A stretch of 64,000 nucleotides of DNA from Anaeramoeba ignava BMAN (GCA_028826165.1 JAPDFW010000054.1:62001-126000), one strand, 5' to 3'. Numbered from the stretch's first letter, positions 50,901-64,000 are shown. Numbers and translations are program-made. The notes: generated by a model from the letters alone, not told the origin.

Positions 50901-51138
50901 GAAATTTAGATAATAATTTAAAATTAACCTTTTTTTTTTTTCCGGTTTTTTTTATCAATTTTAAATTTAATTTTACAAACCTTTTACTGTTAATTTTGAT
51001 TTTAATTCTGTTTTGCCTTGAAGAAATTCATTAATTTTTTGGATATATTCTGAAAATATTATGAATAAATTTTCTAATTGATTACAATTAGTTTTGAATT
51101 GTTGAAAAAATTTATCAACTTTCCTTGATAAAGACATT
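41936..51138 (-). CDS. EPG5: EPG5-like autophagosome-lysosome tether (large alpha-solenoid)
   Basis: Motifs resembling EPG5: [55 protein letters not shown]; putative start MSLSRK at 51138 with short 5' introns; ~1.5 kb KD-repeat insert; frameshift near 45050-45115. Confidence 0.7.
48430..49930 (-). repeat. (AAAGAT)n coding microsatellite (Lys-Asp repeat) inside the EPG5-like gene
   Basis: ORF 49677-50840 runs into KDKD without a splice donor; coding resumes near 48420. Confidence 0.75.
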
Positions 51139-51281
51139 TAAAAAAAAACAGTCAAAAACAAAAAAAAAAATGGAAAGCAAAAAAAAAGGAAAAAAAAATT
51201 TTCATTTTTCATTTTTTTTTTCATTTTTTTTTTCTTTAATAAATTAAATCCAAACTAAATTACCTTTCTATTAATTCTAAA

Positions 51282-53027
51282 ATGACAGAAAATCAAGAAA
51301 TCACACAAAAAGAAGATTCACAAATTCAACAATCATTACAAGAAGATTTACAAAACCAACAAAACCAAGAACCATTCCAACAAGATTCACAAAACCAAGA
51401 ACCATTTCAACCAAATTTAGAAAACCAAGAACCATTTCAACAAAATTTACAAATGCAAGAACCATTACAACAAAATTTACAAATGCAGCAAAATCAACAA
51501 TTACAACAAAATTTACAAAACCAAGAACCATTACAACCAAATTTACAAATGCAACAAAATCAACAATTACAACAAAATTTACAAAACCAAGAACAATTTC
51601 AAGTAAAAGAAAAAGATAAAAAAGGAAAAAAAGATAAAAAAGATAAAGATAAAGATAAAAAGGATAAGAAAGATAAAGATAAAAAAGAAAAGAAAGATAA
51701 AAAGGATAAAGATAAAGATAAAGATAAAGATAAGAAAGAAAAGAAAGATAAGAAAGAAAAGATAAAGAAAAAGATAAAGATAAAGAAAAAGAAAAGATAA
51801 AGAGAAAAGATAAAAAAAGGATACGACGATGTTGTTGATAAGATATGTTATAAATGTTGAAAGAGATAAAAAGCCGAAAGATAAAGAAAGATAAAGATTG
51901 TTAAAATAAAAGGATAAAAAGGATAAGAAAAAGAAAGATAAAATTGTTGTTGTTCAGAAAAAGATGAAAAACGGAATCGAATAAAGACAAAAAAACAAAA
52001 AATTGCCGAAAATGATAAAGATAAAGCGGCGATGATAAAGGAAAAAGAAAAAAAGGATGAAAAAAAAAAAAAAAAAAAGAAAAAAGATAAAAGATTAAAA
52101 ACAAAAAACGATAAAAGATGAAAAGATGTTGTTGAAAAAAAATAAAAGCTCAAATTGTTGCCGAAAGATATGATAAAGACGAAAAAAGAAATAGGAAAAA
52201 AGATAAAAAAAAAAGGATAAAGATAAAGATGAAGATAAAGAAAAGTTGTTGTTGTGATTGAAAAGAAAAAGATTGATGAGATAAAAAGATAAAGAAAAAT
52301 TTGTTGTTGTTGTTGTTGTTGTTGAAGGAAAAGATAAGAAAGAAGATTTGCGTTCAATAAGAAAAAGAAAAATTGTTGTTGATAAGATGTTGAAAAAGAA
52401 AAGAAGAAAAGAAGTTGTTGAAAAGTTGTTGATAAAGATAAAATCCAGATTTTGACGTTGAATGTTGTTTGATAAAAAACAGAAAAATGGGTTGACAAAG
52501 ATAAAAAAGAAAGAGACGGAAAAAGAAAAAGAAAAGAAAAGGAAAAAGAAAAAAGACAAAATTGAAAAAGATAAAAAAACGCGCCGTTGTTGATTGTTGA
52601 AAGATGCGACGTTACGGTTTAAAAAGATCTGCAAATGATAAAAGAAAAAAATAAAAGATAAAAGATAAAAGAAAGATCAAAAAAAGAAAAAGAAGAAAAA
52701 GAAGAAAAAGATAAAAATAAAGATAAGAAGGAAAAGAAAGAAAAGAAAGATAAAGATAAGAAAGATAAAGAAACAGATAAAAAGGAAAAGAAAGATAAGA
52801 AAGATAAAGATAAGAAAGATAAGAAAGATAAGAAAGATAAAGATAAAGATAAAGAAAAGGATAAAGATAAAGAAAAGGATAAAGATAAAGAAACAGATAA
52901 AAAAGATAAAGATAAGAAGGAAAAGAAAGAAAAGAAAGATAAGAAAGATAAAAATAAAGATAAGAAGGAAAAGAAAGATAAGAAAGATAAGAAAGATAAA
53001 AAGGAAAAGAAAGACAAGAAAGATTAA
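51282..53027 (+). CDS. Low-complexity protein: Q-rich repeats (QEPLQQNLQ) followed by K/D/E repeats; middle part is poor-quality sequence
   Basis: ATG at 51282 after TCATTT motifs; clean KDKK repeats at both ends, TAA at 53025-53027; 51780-52690 garbled. Confidence 0.5.
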
Positions 53028-53326
53028 AAAGATATCCAAAAATCAAAATCAAAATCAAAATCAAAAACAAACTAAAAAGATCAAAAACAAATAATCAAGA
53101 AAAAAAAAACAATCAAAAAACTATTTTCCAACTTTCTTTTTTTTTCAAAAAATTCAAATTCAAATTCAAATTCAAATTCAAATAAAAACAAAATTTCCTT
53201 TTTTATTGTTTAAATTTCTCAAACAAAATTTTTTCATTTTTTTTTTCACTTTTCATTTTTCTTCTTCTTTTTTTATTTTGAATTTAAAAAACAAACAAAA
53301 AATTAAAAACAAAAGTTAATAATAAA

Positions 53327-56300
53327 ATGAAAAAATGTGGTTGCGTTGTTTATGATCAAACTACACATACTATTAAAGGATTGCATACTCCAGTTTTTTT
53401 AGATTTAATCCAAGATAAAGTTAGATTCAGATTATTTACAATATTTTTATTTCTATTTATTCTTGCTTTAGCTGCATTTGAAGCAATTTCTGTTTTATTT
53501 TATCAACATTCAATAAATGATAATCAAGATCCAACAAAGTAAAAAATTTTAATAATAATAATAAATATAAAAATAAATATAAAAATAATTCTTTTTACTT
53601 TTTTTTAAATCAAAATTTAAATTTAAATTTAATTATTTTTATTTATTTACGAAATTTAGTTTAACATTTAAAACATCACCTTCAAGAACAATTACTTATG
53701 GTTCAAAAATGGAAAATGCTCCAAATGTAAAATGATTAAATTTATTTAAATTAAAATGATTAAATTTATTTAAATTAAAATAATTAAATTTATTTAAATT
53801 AAAATAATTAAATTTATTTAAATTAATATAATCAAATTTATTTAAATTAAAATAATCAAATTTATTTAAATTAAGATGATTAAATTTATTTAAATTAAAA
53901 TAATTAAATTCATTTAAATTAAGATAATTAAATTTAAATTTATTTAAATTAAGATAATTAAATTTATTTAAATTAAAATAATTAAATTTATTTAAATTAA
54001 GATAATTAAATTTATTTAAATTAATATAATCAAATTTATTTAAATTAATATAATTAAATTTATTTAAATTAAAATAATCAAAATTATTTAAATTAAAATA
54101 ATTAAATTTATTTAAATTAATATAATCAAATTTATTTAAATTAAAATAATTAAATTTATTTAAATCAAGATAATTAAATTTATTTAAATTAATATAATCA
54201 AATTTATTTAAATTAATATAATTAAATTTATTTAAATTGAAATAATCAAAATTATTTAAATTAAAATAATCAAATTTATTTAAATCAAGATAATCAAATT
54301 TATTTAAATTAATATAATCAAATTTATTTAAATCAAGATAATTAAATTTATTTAAATTAATATAATCAAATTTATTTAAATTAAAAATAATTAAATTTAT
54401 TTAAATTAATATAATCAAATTTATTTAAGTTGAAATAATTAAATTTATTTAAATTAAAATAATTAAATTTATTTAAATTAATATAATTAAATTTATTTAA
54501 ATTAATATAATTAAATTTATTTAAATTAAAATAATTAAATTTATTTAAATTAAAATAATCAAATTTATTTAAATTAAAATAATTAAATTTATTTAAATCA
54601 AGATAATTAAATTTATTTAAATTAAAATAATTAAATTTATTTAAATTAATATGATTAAATTTATTTAAATTAAAATGATTAAATTTATTTAAATTAAAAT
54701 AATCAAATTTATTTAAATTAATATGATTAAATTTATTTAAATTAATATGATTAAATTTATTTAAATTAAAATAATTAAATTTATTTAAGTTGAAATAATT
54801 AAATTTATTTAAGTTGAAATAATCAAATTTATTTAAGTTAAAATGATTAAATTTATTTAAATTAAAATAATTAAATTTATTTAAATTAATATAATCAAAT
54901 TTATTTAAATTAAAATAATTAAATTTATTTAAATTAAAATAATTAAATTTATTTAAATTAATATGATTAAATTTATTTAAATTAAAATGATTAAATTTAT
55001 TTAAATTGAGATAATTAAATTTATTTAAATTAATATAATTAAATTTATTTAAATCAAGATAATTAAATTCATTTAAATTGAAATAATTAAATTTATTTAA
55101 ATTAAAATAATTAAATTTATTTAAATTAAGATGATTAAATTTATTTAAATTAAGATGATTAAATTTATTTAAATTAATTAATAATAATAAAAAAGCTTCG
55201 AGTTTCAAATTCTTTTGAAGTTGGTTTAGAAGATAAAACTGTTAAAATTGATATAGAATATAATCCAGTTATTCCTTATGAAGAATTTATTGGAGGAAAA
55301 TCATTAATTCAATTAAGACAACAAGAAGTTTATGGTATTAGACTTGGATCATCTTATCAATCAAAAACAAATTCAGATGGATTTACTTCATTTAATGAAT
55401 TTATTTGTATTTCAGGTCCTGAAGGAAATGCAATATTAACTTATACTTGTGATACAATTTCTCAAAGTTTTAATTTATATATTCAAAGCGAAGGTTAAAA
55501 TCAAATTCAAATTTCAAAATTAAAATTAAAATTAAAAATCAAAAATCAAAATTCAAAATAAAATTAAAATCAAAATCAAAATCAAAATCAAATTTAAATA
55601 GTTTCTCGAATTGAAGTATTAACAGTTCCACCTGTTTATAAAGCACCAGATTATCATATGGAACAATTTGGTATTCCTTTTCAAAATCAACCTGCATTTA
55701 GACTTTATGGATCAGATGGAAATCCAATTCAAGGACATTATCTTCAAATTTATAATCTTGATCGAAATCTTGAAGGATTTTTATATTATGATAGAATGGG
55801 TAAATAATTTAAATTTAAATTTAAATTCAAATTAATTCAAAAATTAAATTAAAATCCAATCCAAAAATTAAATTCAAAAATCCAAATCCAAAAATTAAAT
55901 TAAAATTGATAAAAATAGCACTTTTTGAAGGGAATATTGCAGGACCTTCAAATGAAAGTGGAATAATTCAATTTACTGATTTTACAATTATTGGAGGAAC
56001 AACACCATATAATTTTTTAGCACTTTTTTCTGAAGGTGATCCAACACAACCGAATATATTTGAATGGACTGAATATGATTCAAATGGAAATGAAACAAAA
56101 GACACAACATTAATTCTTCCAATTATGTTAAATACAACTGGTACAAAATCAAAAAAATATTCAATTTAAATAAATTCCAAAAATATAATTTGAATTCCAA
56201 AAAATATAAATTAAATTAAATTCCAAAAATCCAAAAATTCAAAAGTTTCTAAATTGGAAATTATTCAAGAACCACCTGAAAATGTAACAGAAGGAGAACC

Positions 56301-59300
56301 TTTTAATTATAGTCCTATTATTAAAGTTGTTGATGAATTTGGAAAAGGAATTCCTAATAAAATTGTATTTGCTAAAATTAAAATTCAAGGAGGAGATACA
56401 GTTTCAGATGTTTATGAATTTGATTATGGAAAAAATAAATATCTTTTAAATCCAATATCAATGAAAACAAATGAAAATGGAGAGTAAATTAAATATAATT
56501 AAATATAATTAAATATAATTAAATAATTAAATAATTAATTAAATATCCAAGAGCTCAATTTGAAGATCTTCGTTTCAGTATTAGAGGAATTTCGACTAAT
56601 GGTGGTAATTGTAGTGAATATTATTTCAAACTTGTGTTTATTTGTGATGGAATTGAATCAAATCTTTCAAGTAAAATATGCGTTATAACTAAAGTTAATA
56701 GAATAGAATGGATAACAATACCTACAAGAATTGTAAAACCAGAAGGATGGGCTTGGGCAGATAATCAAAATTCATCAGCACCATATGGAACAATTCTAGA
56801 AAAACCAATGGTAAAACTTGTTGATTCAGAAGGAAATGGAGTTCCAAATAAAGCTATGATTGGATATGTAATGCAAAAAGAAAATAATTTAACATCTTTA
56901 TTTTCATTATATGGAAATCTTGAGTTTTCTGATAATGATGGAATAGTTGAATTTTCACAGTTTCGAGTTTTAGGATTTCCTTCAAATGTAACTGATGTTG
57001 TTGTACGTTTATTTTGTGATGATATCGATATTGTGACTGATCCTATTCCAGTTGAATTAGGAAATAATTCAACTCAAAGATGTTCACAAATATATATCAA
57101 CACATCTGTTTTACCTGGTTATTTACAAGGACAATATTTAGTTGGACATACTCCACCATTTGATATGTGGGTTCAAGTTTTAGATTATAAAGGAACACCA
57201 CTTGCAAATCAACTTGTAGGAGTTGGAGTATTTATTGAAGATATGAACACTCATGTTCCTGTTGCATATTGGTATCCTTCAATGGCAGAAAATTCTACAG
57301 ATTCAAATGGCACAACATATTTTAGAAATGTTACTTTGGAAGGATATTCAACTACTGGAATATATTTTGTTTATGCTTATAATCCTCAAATGAATAATCA
57401 TCTTTTCGACTCAAATATTGAGTTTGATTGCAGCGAAACATTACTTGTTCAGTTGAATCTCACAATAATTGATGTTGAAATTATAAATGTCCAAAATGAT
57501 CAATATGTTGGTATTCCTTTTTCTGATCCATTTATTCTTAATGTAAATGATTATGTAAATGGATCAGGTCATGTTGTAGATGTTATTCCAGTTATTGTTC
57601 CACTTTATTTATTAAATTCAGGAGTATATGATTTTATTGGACCAGAAAATGATACTATTGATCCTGGTCCACAAATTAATGTTCCAAGTCAATGGAGATT
57701 TTATAGAAATCCAATTAAAACAGATATAAATGGTAATATCTAAATCAATATTAATTAAAAATATCTAAATCAATATTAATTAAAATATTTAATTAATAAT
57801 ATCCAAATTAATATTTATTTAAAAATATAGGTTCAATTACTTTAGATCAACTTTTCGTTAATTATCCAGGTTCATATCGTTTTCTTTTTAGAGTTGATGG
57901 ATTAATTACAAATTTATCAAAAACAATAGTAGTAAATGTAAACGTATCATATATAATAATTGTTCAAGAAGCTGCAACAAATAATCCTCCAACAACATCT
58001 CCTATTCCATTTGATCAACAACCAATTTTACAACTTTTAGATTCATCAATGAATCCAGTACAAGGTCTTTTTGTTATAGCAGAAACACAAGATAATTTAA
58101 CATCAAATTTTTATACAGATAATATTTTCTTTGATCCAATAAGTAGTAAAACAAATAGTTCAGGATATGCAACTTTCTCAAATCTTAGATTTGAATATGT
58201 TACAATTCATCAATTTTATAATATATGTTATTCATTTTATTTTAATTCAACAAACAAAATCCAAAATTGTTCACAATCACCTATTGAAGCAGCAACAAAT
58301 GTTACAATAGTTTCAGCAACTAATGTACCTAGCACTGCTGTAAGAGGTCAAGTATTTTCATATTTACCAATAGTAATTGTAACAGATCAAGATGGTGGAT
58401 ATTTACAAGGAAAAACTGTTATAGCTGCTGTTTTGGAATTCCCATCAACATTATTACTTGATCCAAATGAATATATATTAGCAAATTTTTTTACACAAAC
58501 AAATGAATTAGGACAAGCATTTTTTAAAGATATAATGTTTCAAAATGCAGTTTCTATGGGATTTTATAAAATAGCATTTTTCTGTGATAATGTTTCAAGT
58601 GAATCTTTTAGTATTGAAGTAAGTGAAACAGCATTTACATTAGATATTCTCATTGAACCAGCACAAAATATTACTGTTGGAATTCCATTTCCAACAACAG
58701 ATACAATTATTACAACCAATGATGCAATTATTGCAGGTAAATTAAGTGTAATGGTTTTTGGAAAAAGTAAAGAAGCATTACCTTACAAATCAGTTAATGC
58801 ATTAATATATCCAAGAACTCCTGAAGAAGCGAATGCTGTTCTTGATCCAACTCGAACTATTGTAGAAACAGATGAATATGGAATTGCAATATTTGATTTA
58901 AAACTTACTTCAGGAAAACCAAATTATAATATTTCATTATATTTTAGATGTGATCAAGCTGAAAGTGATTCAACAACTTCATTTATTCTTTTTAATCCAA
59001 TTTATCAAGTTAACATTATTAGACAACCTGGTTTGAAAGGTGATAACTACGTTTATCTTGGAGATACAATTCCAGAACAACCAATAATTCAAGTTCTTAA
59101 TCATACAGGATTTGGAGTTTCAAATAAAAAAGTTATTGTTAAAACAATTCAACAAGGATCAGTAATTTACAATTCAAATGAACCTATTTATATTGGAGAA
59201 GGAAAATATGAATTTCAAACATTAACAATAGAAGTTGGTTCTACTGAAGATTATCAATTAATTTTTATGGTTGATGGAATTGAATCATATCCATCAAATA

Positions 59301-62300
59301 GTTTTGCAGTAAGAGATCCATCAACTCCAGATTTTTCAGGATTTAATAATTTAAAAACACTTGTTCTTTTAGCAACTATAATAATGATTTTACCATTTTT
59401 TGCTAATTCCGAAAGACAAAATGGAAGTTATGGATTAATTTTACCAATTATTGTTTCTATTATAATGGTTATTTTAATGAGTTTTACAATAGCAAGCACA
59501 GCCAAAGGTAAAATCAAGAATCCATATATTATTATTTCTTTAACTGTTTTAACAATAATTACATTTGGAGTTGCTGGATTTATTTGGTTTATTATGATTA
59601 TTCATTTTTGGGAAAATCCAAAAAAATGGGAATTTTGCCCTAAAAGAATTTCTAATTATCAAAATTTATTAAAAAGATTATTACCTATTGGAGGAACTAG
59701 ATATTTTCTTTTACAAGAAATCAAGAAAAAAATTGAAGAAGAAGAAAAACAAAAACATCAAAAAGATATGAAAGATGTAAAATTAGATTTAGAATTTGAA
59801 ATTAATTTAAATTCAAATTCAAATTCAAATTCAGAAATTGATTTAGATTTAAATTTAAATTCAGATCCAAATCAAAAATCTAATGAAAAATTTAATGAAG
59901 AATTAAATGAAAAATCTAATATTCAAAATGATCAAATTGAACTTAAAGAGAAAAAAGAAATTGAAATTAATGAAAAATAAAAAGAAAAGGATTTGAAGGA
60001 ATGAATGAAGAAGAAATCAAAAATATTTGTTTAAATTTTTTAAATCAAGAAGTTGATAAACAAAATGAAACGAAAACAGAACATGAAACACTTCATAAAT
60101 TTGGAAAAAAAATGAAAAAATTTGGAGGAAAAGTAAAAACATCAATAATAAGTTTATTTGAAAATGATAAAAATCCACATGAAAAATTTGAAACTAAAAA
60201 AGATTTTTATTATCCACAAAGAATATGGCTTGCTTTTGCATTAACAATATTTATTATTTTTTATGGAATATTAATTTTAGTGAAATTAAATGAATATATT
60301 GAATATAAAGCATTATTATGGAGACAAAAAATTATTCAAATTAATGTAATATTTTTAAATAATTAATATTTATATTTATATTTATATTAATATTTATATT
60401 TATATTAATGTTTATATTTATATTAATATTTATATTAATATTTATATTTATATTTATATTAATATTTATATTAATATTTATATTTATATTAATATTTATA
60501 TTTAAATTAATGTAATATTTTTAAATAATTAATATTTATATATTTATATTTATATTTTATATTTATTTATAATAATATTTTATATTAATATTAATATTTA
60601 TATTAATATTTATATTTAAATTAATGTAATATTTTTAAATAATTTATATTTATATTTATATTTATATTAATATTTATAATAATATTTATATTTATATTTA
60701 TATTAATATTTATATTTATATTTATATTTATATTAATGTTTTATATTTATATTTATATTTATATTAATATTTATATTTATATTTATATTTATATTTATAT
60801 TTATATTAATATTTATATTAATATTTATATTTATATTTATATTTATATTTAAATTAATGTAATATTTTTAAATAATTAATATTTATATTTATATTTATAT
60901 TTATATTTATATTTATATTTATAATAATATTTATATTAATATTAATATTTATATTAATATTTATATTCAAATTAATGTAATATTTTTAAATAATTTATAT
61001 TTATATTTATATTTATATTTATATTTATATTTATATTTTTATATTTATATTTATATTTATATTTATATTTATATTTATATTTATATTTATATTTATATTT
61101 ATATTAATATTTATATTTATATTTATATTAATATTTATATTTATATTTATATTTATATTTATATTAATATTTATATTAATATTTATATTCAAATTAATGT
61201 TTATATTTATATTTATATTAATATTTATATTTAAATTAATGTAATATTTTTAAATAATTAATATTTATATTTATATTTATATTTATATTTATATTTATAA
61301 ATTTAAAAGACAAACTTACAAGGTTATATGAATGGATTATCAAGTTATATTTACAGTTTAGAAAATGAATTATCAGATACTTTATCAAATCAAACATTAA
61401 CATATATAGCTTCTCAACAAATTTTTCCACAAGGAGTACTTGATTTCTTTTCTTGGCTTTCTTCTATACCAGCAAATACAATTCATTTATTTTTTAAAGT
61501 AATGTTTGCATGTGTTATTTCAAGTTCTTTAATTTCAACAACAATAGTAATTTATTTATGGGTATTAATTTTCAAATTATATCGTAAAAGAATGATGCTT
61601 CGAAGACAAGGAAAATTTCATTTTCAATTTGAACCATCTTTAAAATCATCAATCAATTATACAAGTCTTCAAGGATGGTTATTCTTTTTAGGATTTCTTA
61701 TTTTTGTTTTGGTGATTTTTGTTATACTTGTTTCTTTCGCTTTTCATACTTTTAGAGTTGTTTTATGGAATTTATTCAAAAATATATTTTTAGCAATGCT
61801 GATTTCAGTTATTGTTAAATATATAATTCTCTTTGTTATTCAATATTATGTTGTTAGAAATGGAAGAGTTTTTCATTTCCGATGGTTTGCTTTACTTGAT
61901 TTTCTTTGGTTATTTTTAAATTTAGTTGCAGGATTTGTTACATCAATTATTCGATTAATTGTTTTAATGTTTTCAAATATTATTACTTTTATTCGATTAG
62001 ATTATTTATCAATTCCAGGAAAATTTTCATTATTAGATACTGGACATAAAGCATATGCAGGAATGTTTGAACTTGATTTTCAAATGAATAATCCTGTTTC
62101 AATTATGTTTTATCAATATTTAACCAAAGGATTTAAAGAAAGAAGAGTTTTAAAAAAAGGATTTCTTCCAAATGATAGTTGTTGCACAAAAATTGAACGA
62201 TCTGAATTAATGGTTTCATTGACTTTTGCACAAAAAGATCCAGAAGTTATTGCTAAAGAAAGAATTGAAAGAATGAGAAGAAAATGGATACTTCTTTTAT

Positions 62301-62515
62301 CATTACATAATAATTCAGAAATTATCAAATCAAGAATTTCTAATTTAGAAAAAGAAAAGAAAATTCAAGAAAAAATTGATAATGAATTTTCTAAATTAGA
62401 TTCTAATAAGAAAAATTCAAAAGATAAAGGAAAAGAAAATAATCAAAATGACAATAATAATAATGATAATAATAATGATAATAATAATGATAATGATAAT
62501 CAAAATAATAATTAA
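53327..62515 (+). CDS. Giant polytopic membrane protein: N-terminal TM, ~10 Ig-like/invasin-like repeats, C-terminal STRA6/RBP-receptor-like domain
   Basis: Introns 53539-53659, 53727-55195, 55494-55601, ~55800-55918, 56141-56245, 56485-56551, ~57733-57830, 60346-61309; a single missing A near 59975 explains the internal stop; C-terminal [19 protein letters not shown]...[35 protein letters not shown] and [16 protein letters not shown] parallel STRA6. Confidence 0.8.
53729..55175. repeat. 21-bp minisatellite (AAAATAATTAAATTTATTTAAATT-like)n filling intron 2 of the STRA6-like gene
   Basis: Direct inspection; begins immediately at the GT donor; source of the LNKFNYFN pseudo-ORF. Confidence 0.85.
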
Positions 62516-62695
62516 AAAACTATTTTCCAAATTTTTTCCTTATTTTGATTAATTTTTTTTTGGAAGAAACAAATTATTAAATTAAAAATCAATTTAAATT
62601 TTCTCAACACGTTTTTTTTTAATTTTTTTATTTTTTTATTTTTAATTTTTTTTATTTTGAAATTTTTTTCATTTTTTTCATTTTTAAATTTTTAA

Positions 62696-63724
62696 ATGAT
62701 TGAACCAGCTTCTTTTCAAGATAGAACTGAAGAATTTTTTTCTATAATTGAAAATTTAAAAACACAAGAAAAAGAAATTTTTAACAAAAAACAAAATAAT
62801 AATGAAAAAACACAAAAACAAAAGAAAAAAACAGGATTTATGATAGCAGCTTCATATATAGGGAAACAAATATATTCAACATGCTTAAAACTTTCTAAAT
62901 TATCGAAACGTAAAGTTTTAATTTTTTTATTAAAATTTTTTAATTGAATTTTAATTTGATTTTTTTATTGAATTTTTTTAGTCGCTCAAAGTAACTCTCT
63001 TGTTTATGATACTTCTCAAGAAATTCAAGAACTTACTCATATTATCAAACAAGAAATCCAAGAATTAAATTCAAAAATTCAAGAACTTCAAACTTATCTT
63101 AATAATAATAAACCAAACAACTCACAATCTTCAAATCATACAAAAAATATAATTGATTCATTAAAAAATAATTTGAAAAATGCAACAAAAGATTTTCAAA
63201 ATGTTCTTGAACAAAGAAATGAAAATTTAAAAATTCAACAAGAAAGAAAATCTCGATTGGGAGATGATTCAAATATAAACATGCTAAAACAACAACAAAC
63301 ACCCATTTATCATCGTCCTTTAACTTATGAGGCTGATCCACTTAATCAATTTGTATTAAATGAAGAACAAGAAAAAAAAAGTGGAAATCAAGAAGAAAAT
63401 TTTTTTGAAGATTTTCAAACTCAAAAAACAATTGCAAATCAATCAACTCGTTATTACCAAGAAAGAGTTGATGCTGTTGAGGATATCGAAAAGACAATTA
63501 ATGAAGTTAGCTCAGTTTTTAATCAACTTTCAGTTATTATTAATGAGCAAGATGTTCAGATTGATTGGATTGAAAAAAATGTTGAAGATACTTTAGTAAA
63601 TGTAGAAAAAGGAGAAACTGAATTAACAAAATATATGCAATCTTTAAAAAGTAATCGGTGGTTGATATTCAAAATTTTTATTGTTTTGATCATCTTCATA
63701 ATTATATTTTCTCTTATTATGTGA
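62696..63724 (+). CDS. STX5: Syntaxin-5/Sed5 (Golgi Qa-SNARE)
   Basis: N-peptide QDRTEEF; intron 62910-62981; LSKLSK|LAQ...EIQELTHIIKQEI; ATKDFQNVLEQRNENLK; SNARE motif with IEKTINEVSSVFNQLSVIINEQ; SNRWLIFKIF TM anchor. Confidence 0.93.
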
Positions 63725-63782
63725 TTCTCCTTTTTTTTTTTTTTCTTTCAAAAAAAATAAAATCCAAAAAAATAAAATCCTT

Positions 63783-64000
63783 TCAAATATCATAATTATC
63801 ATCAATATCATCATCATCATCATCATCAATATCATCATCATCATCATTTTGATTATCATTTTGATTATCATTTTGATTTTCACCAAATTCAAGCAACTTA
63901 TCAATCATAACAATTTCTCGATCTAAAGAAGAATCTCCAATATCTTTCATTTCAGAAACAAAATGATTTTTAAACTTCTTCAATCTTTCCTTTGCTTGTT
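63783..64000 (-). CDS. 3' end of an unidentified gene with an acidic tail (continues beyond the window)
   Basis: Frame open to the window edge: KQAKERLKKFKNHFVSEMKDIGDSSLDREIVMIDKLL...DDDD. Confidence 0.6.
   Translation of the reverse strand, partial: QAKERLKKFKNHFVSEMKDIGDSSLDREIVMIDKLLEFGENQNDNQNDNQNDDDDDIDDDDDDDIDDNYDI

Noticed and set aside
51780-52690. Odd gttgtt/gcggcg-sprinkled sequence suggesting an insertion or editing
   Set aside because: Flanked by clean KD repeats and lacks any consistent frame; looks like unpolished low-quality consensus
53729-55175. CRISPR-like array (also the 90-bp IQ repeats)
   Set aside because: Contiguous tandem repeats with no unique spacers, eukaryotic context and no cas genes
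1-64000. Alternative genetic code, tRNA/rRNA genes, transposase or reverse transcriptase ORFs
   Set aside because: TAA and TGA terminate conserved proteins at expected positions; no such RNA genes or mobile-element ORFs were recognisable by eye

Overview
Very AT-rich, gene-dense eukaryotic (protist) DNA with the standard genetic code, short intergenic gaps and introns inflated by micro/minisatellites. The N/Q-rich tracts, RCC1-BTB and BTB-TLDc genes and the TCATTT initiator-like motif suggest an anaerobic metamonad such as Anaeramoeba; this is inference, not verified. Reconstructed genes in order: Sly1 (5'-partial); a CS-domain + Sel1-repeat tail-anchored protein (Tom36/Tom46/ATOM69-like architecture); BTB-BACK-TLDc; a Pho80-type cyclin; a TRIP12/UFD4-type HECT E3; Beclin-1/Atg6; an SH3-PX-BAR sorting nexin; a xanthine-dehydrogenase-family Mo-flavoenzyme; IQGAP; three tandem RCC1-BTB paralogues; EPG5; a Q/KD low-complexity protein; a giant membrane protein with about 10 Ig-like repeats and a STRA6-like C-terminus; syntaxin-5; and the 3' end of one more gene. 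Many frameshifts fall in homopolymers and look like long-read consensus errors. Highlights: the STRA6-like receptor with an adhesin-like ectodomain; an ~880-nt highly self-complementary element inside intron 2 of the putative organelle import receptor; an XDH with a predicted organellar presequence and a remodelled active site; and loop-hypervariable RCC1-BTB adaptors. All homology calls come from motif recognition by eye; no searches were run.
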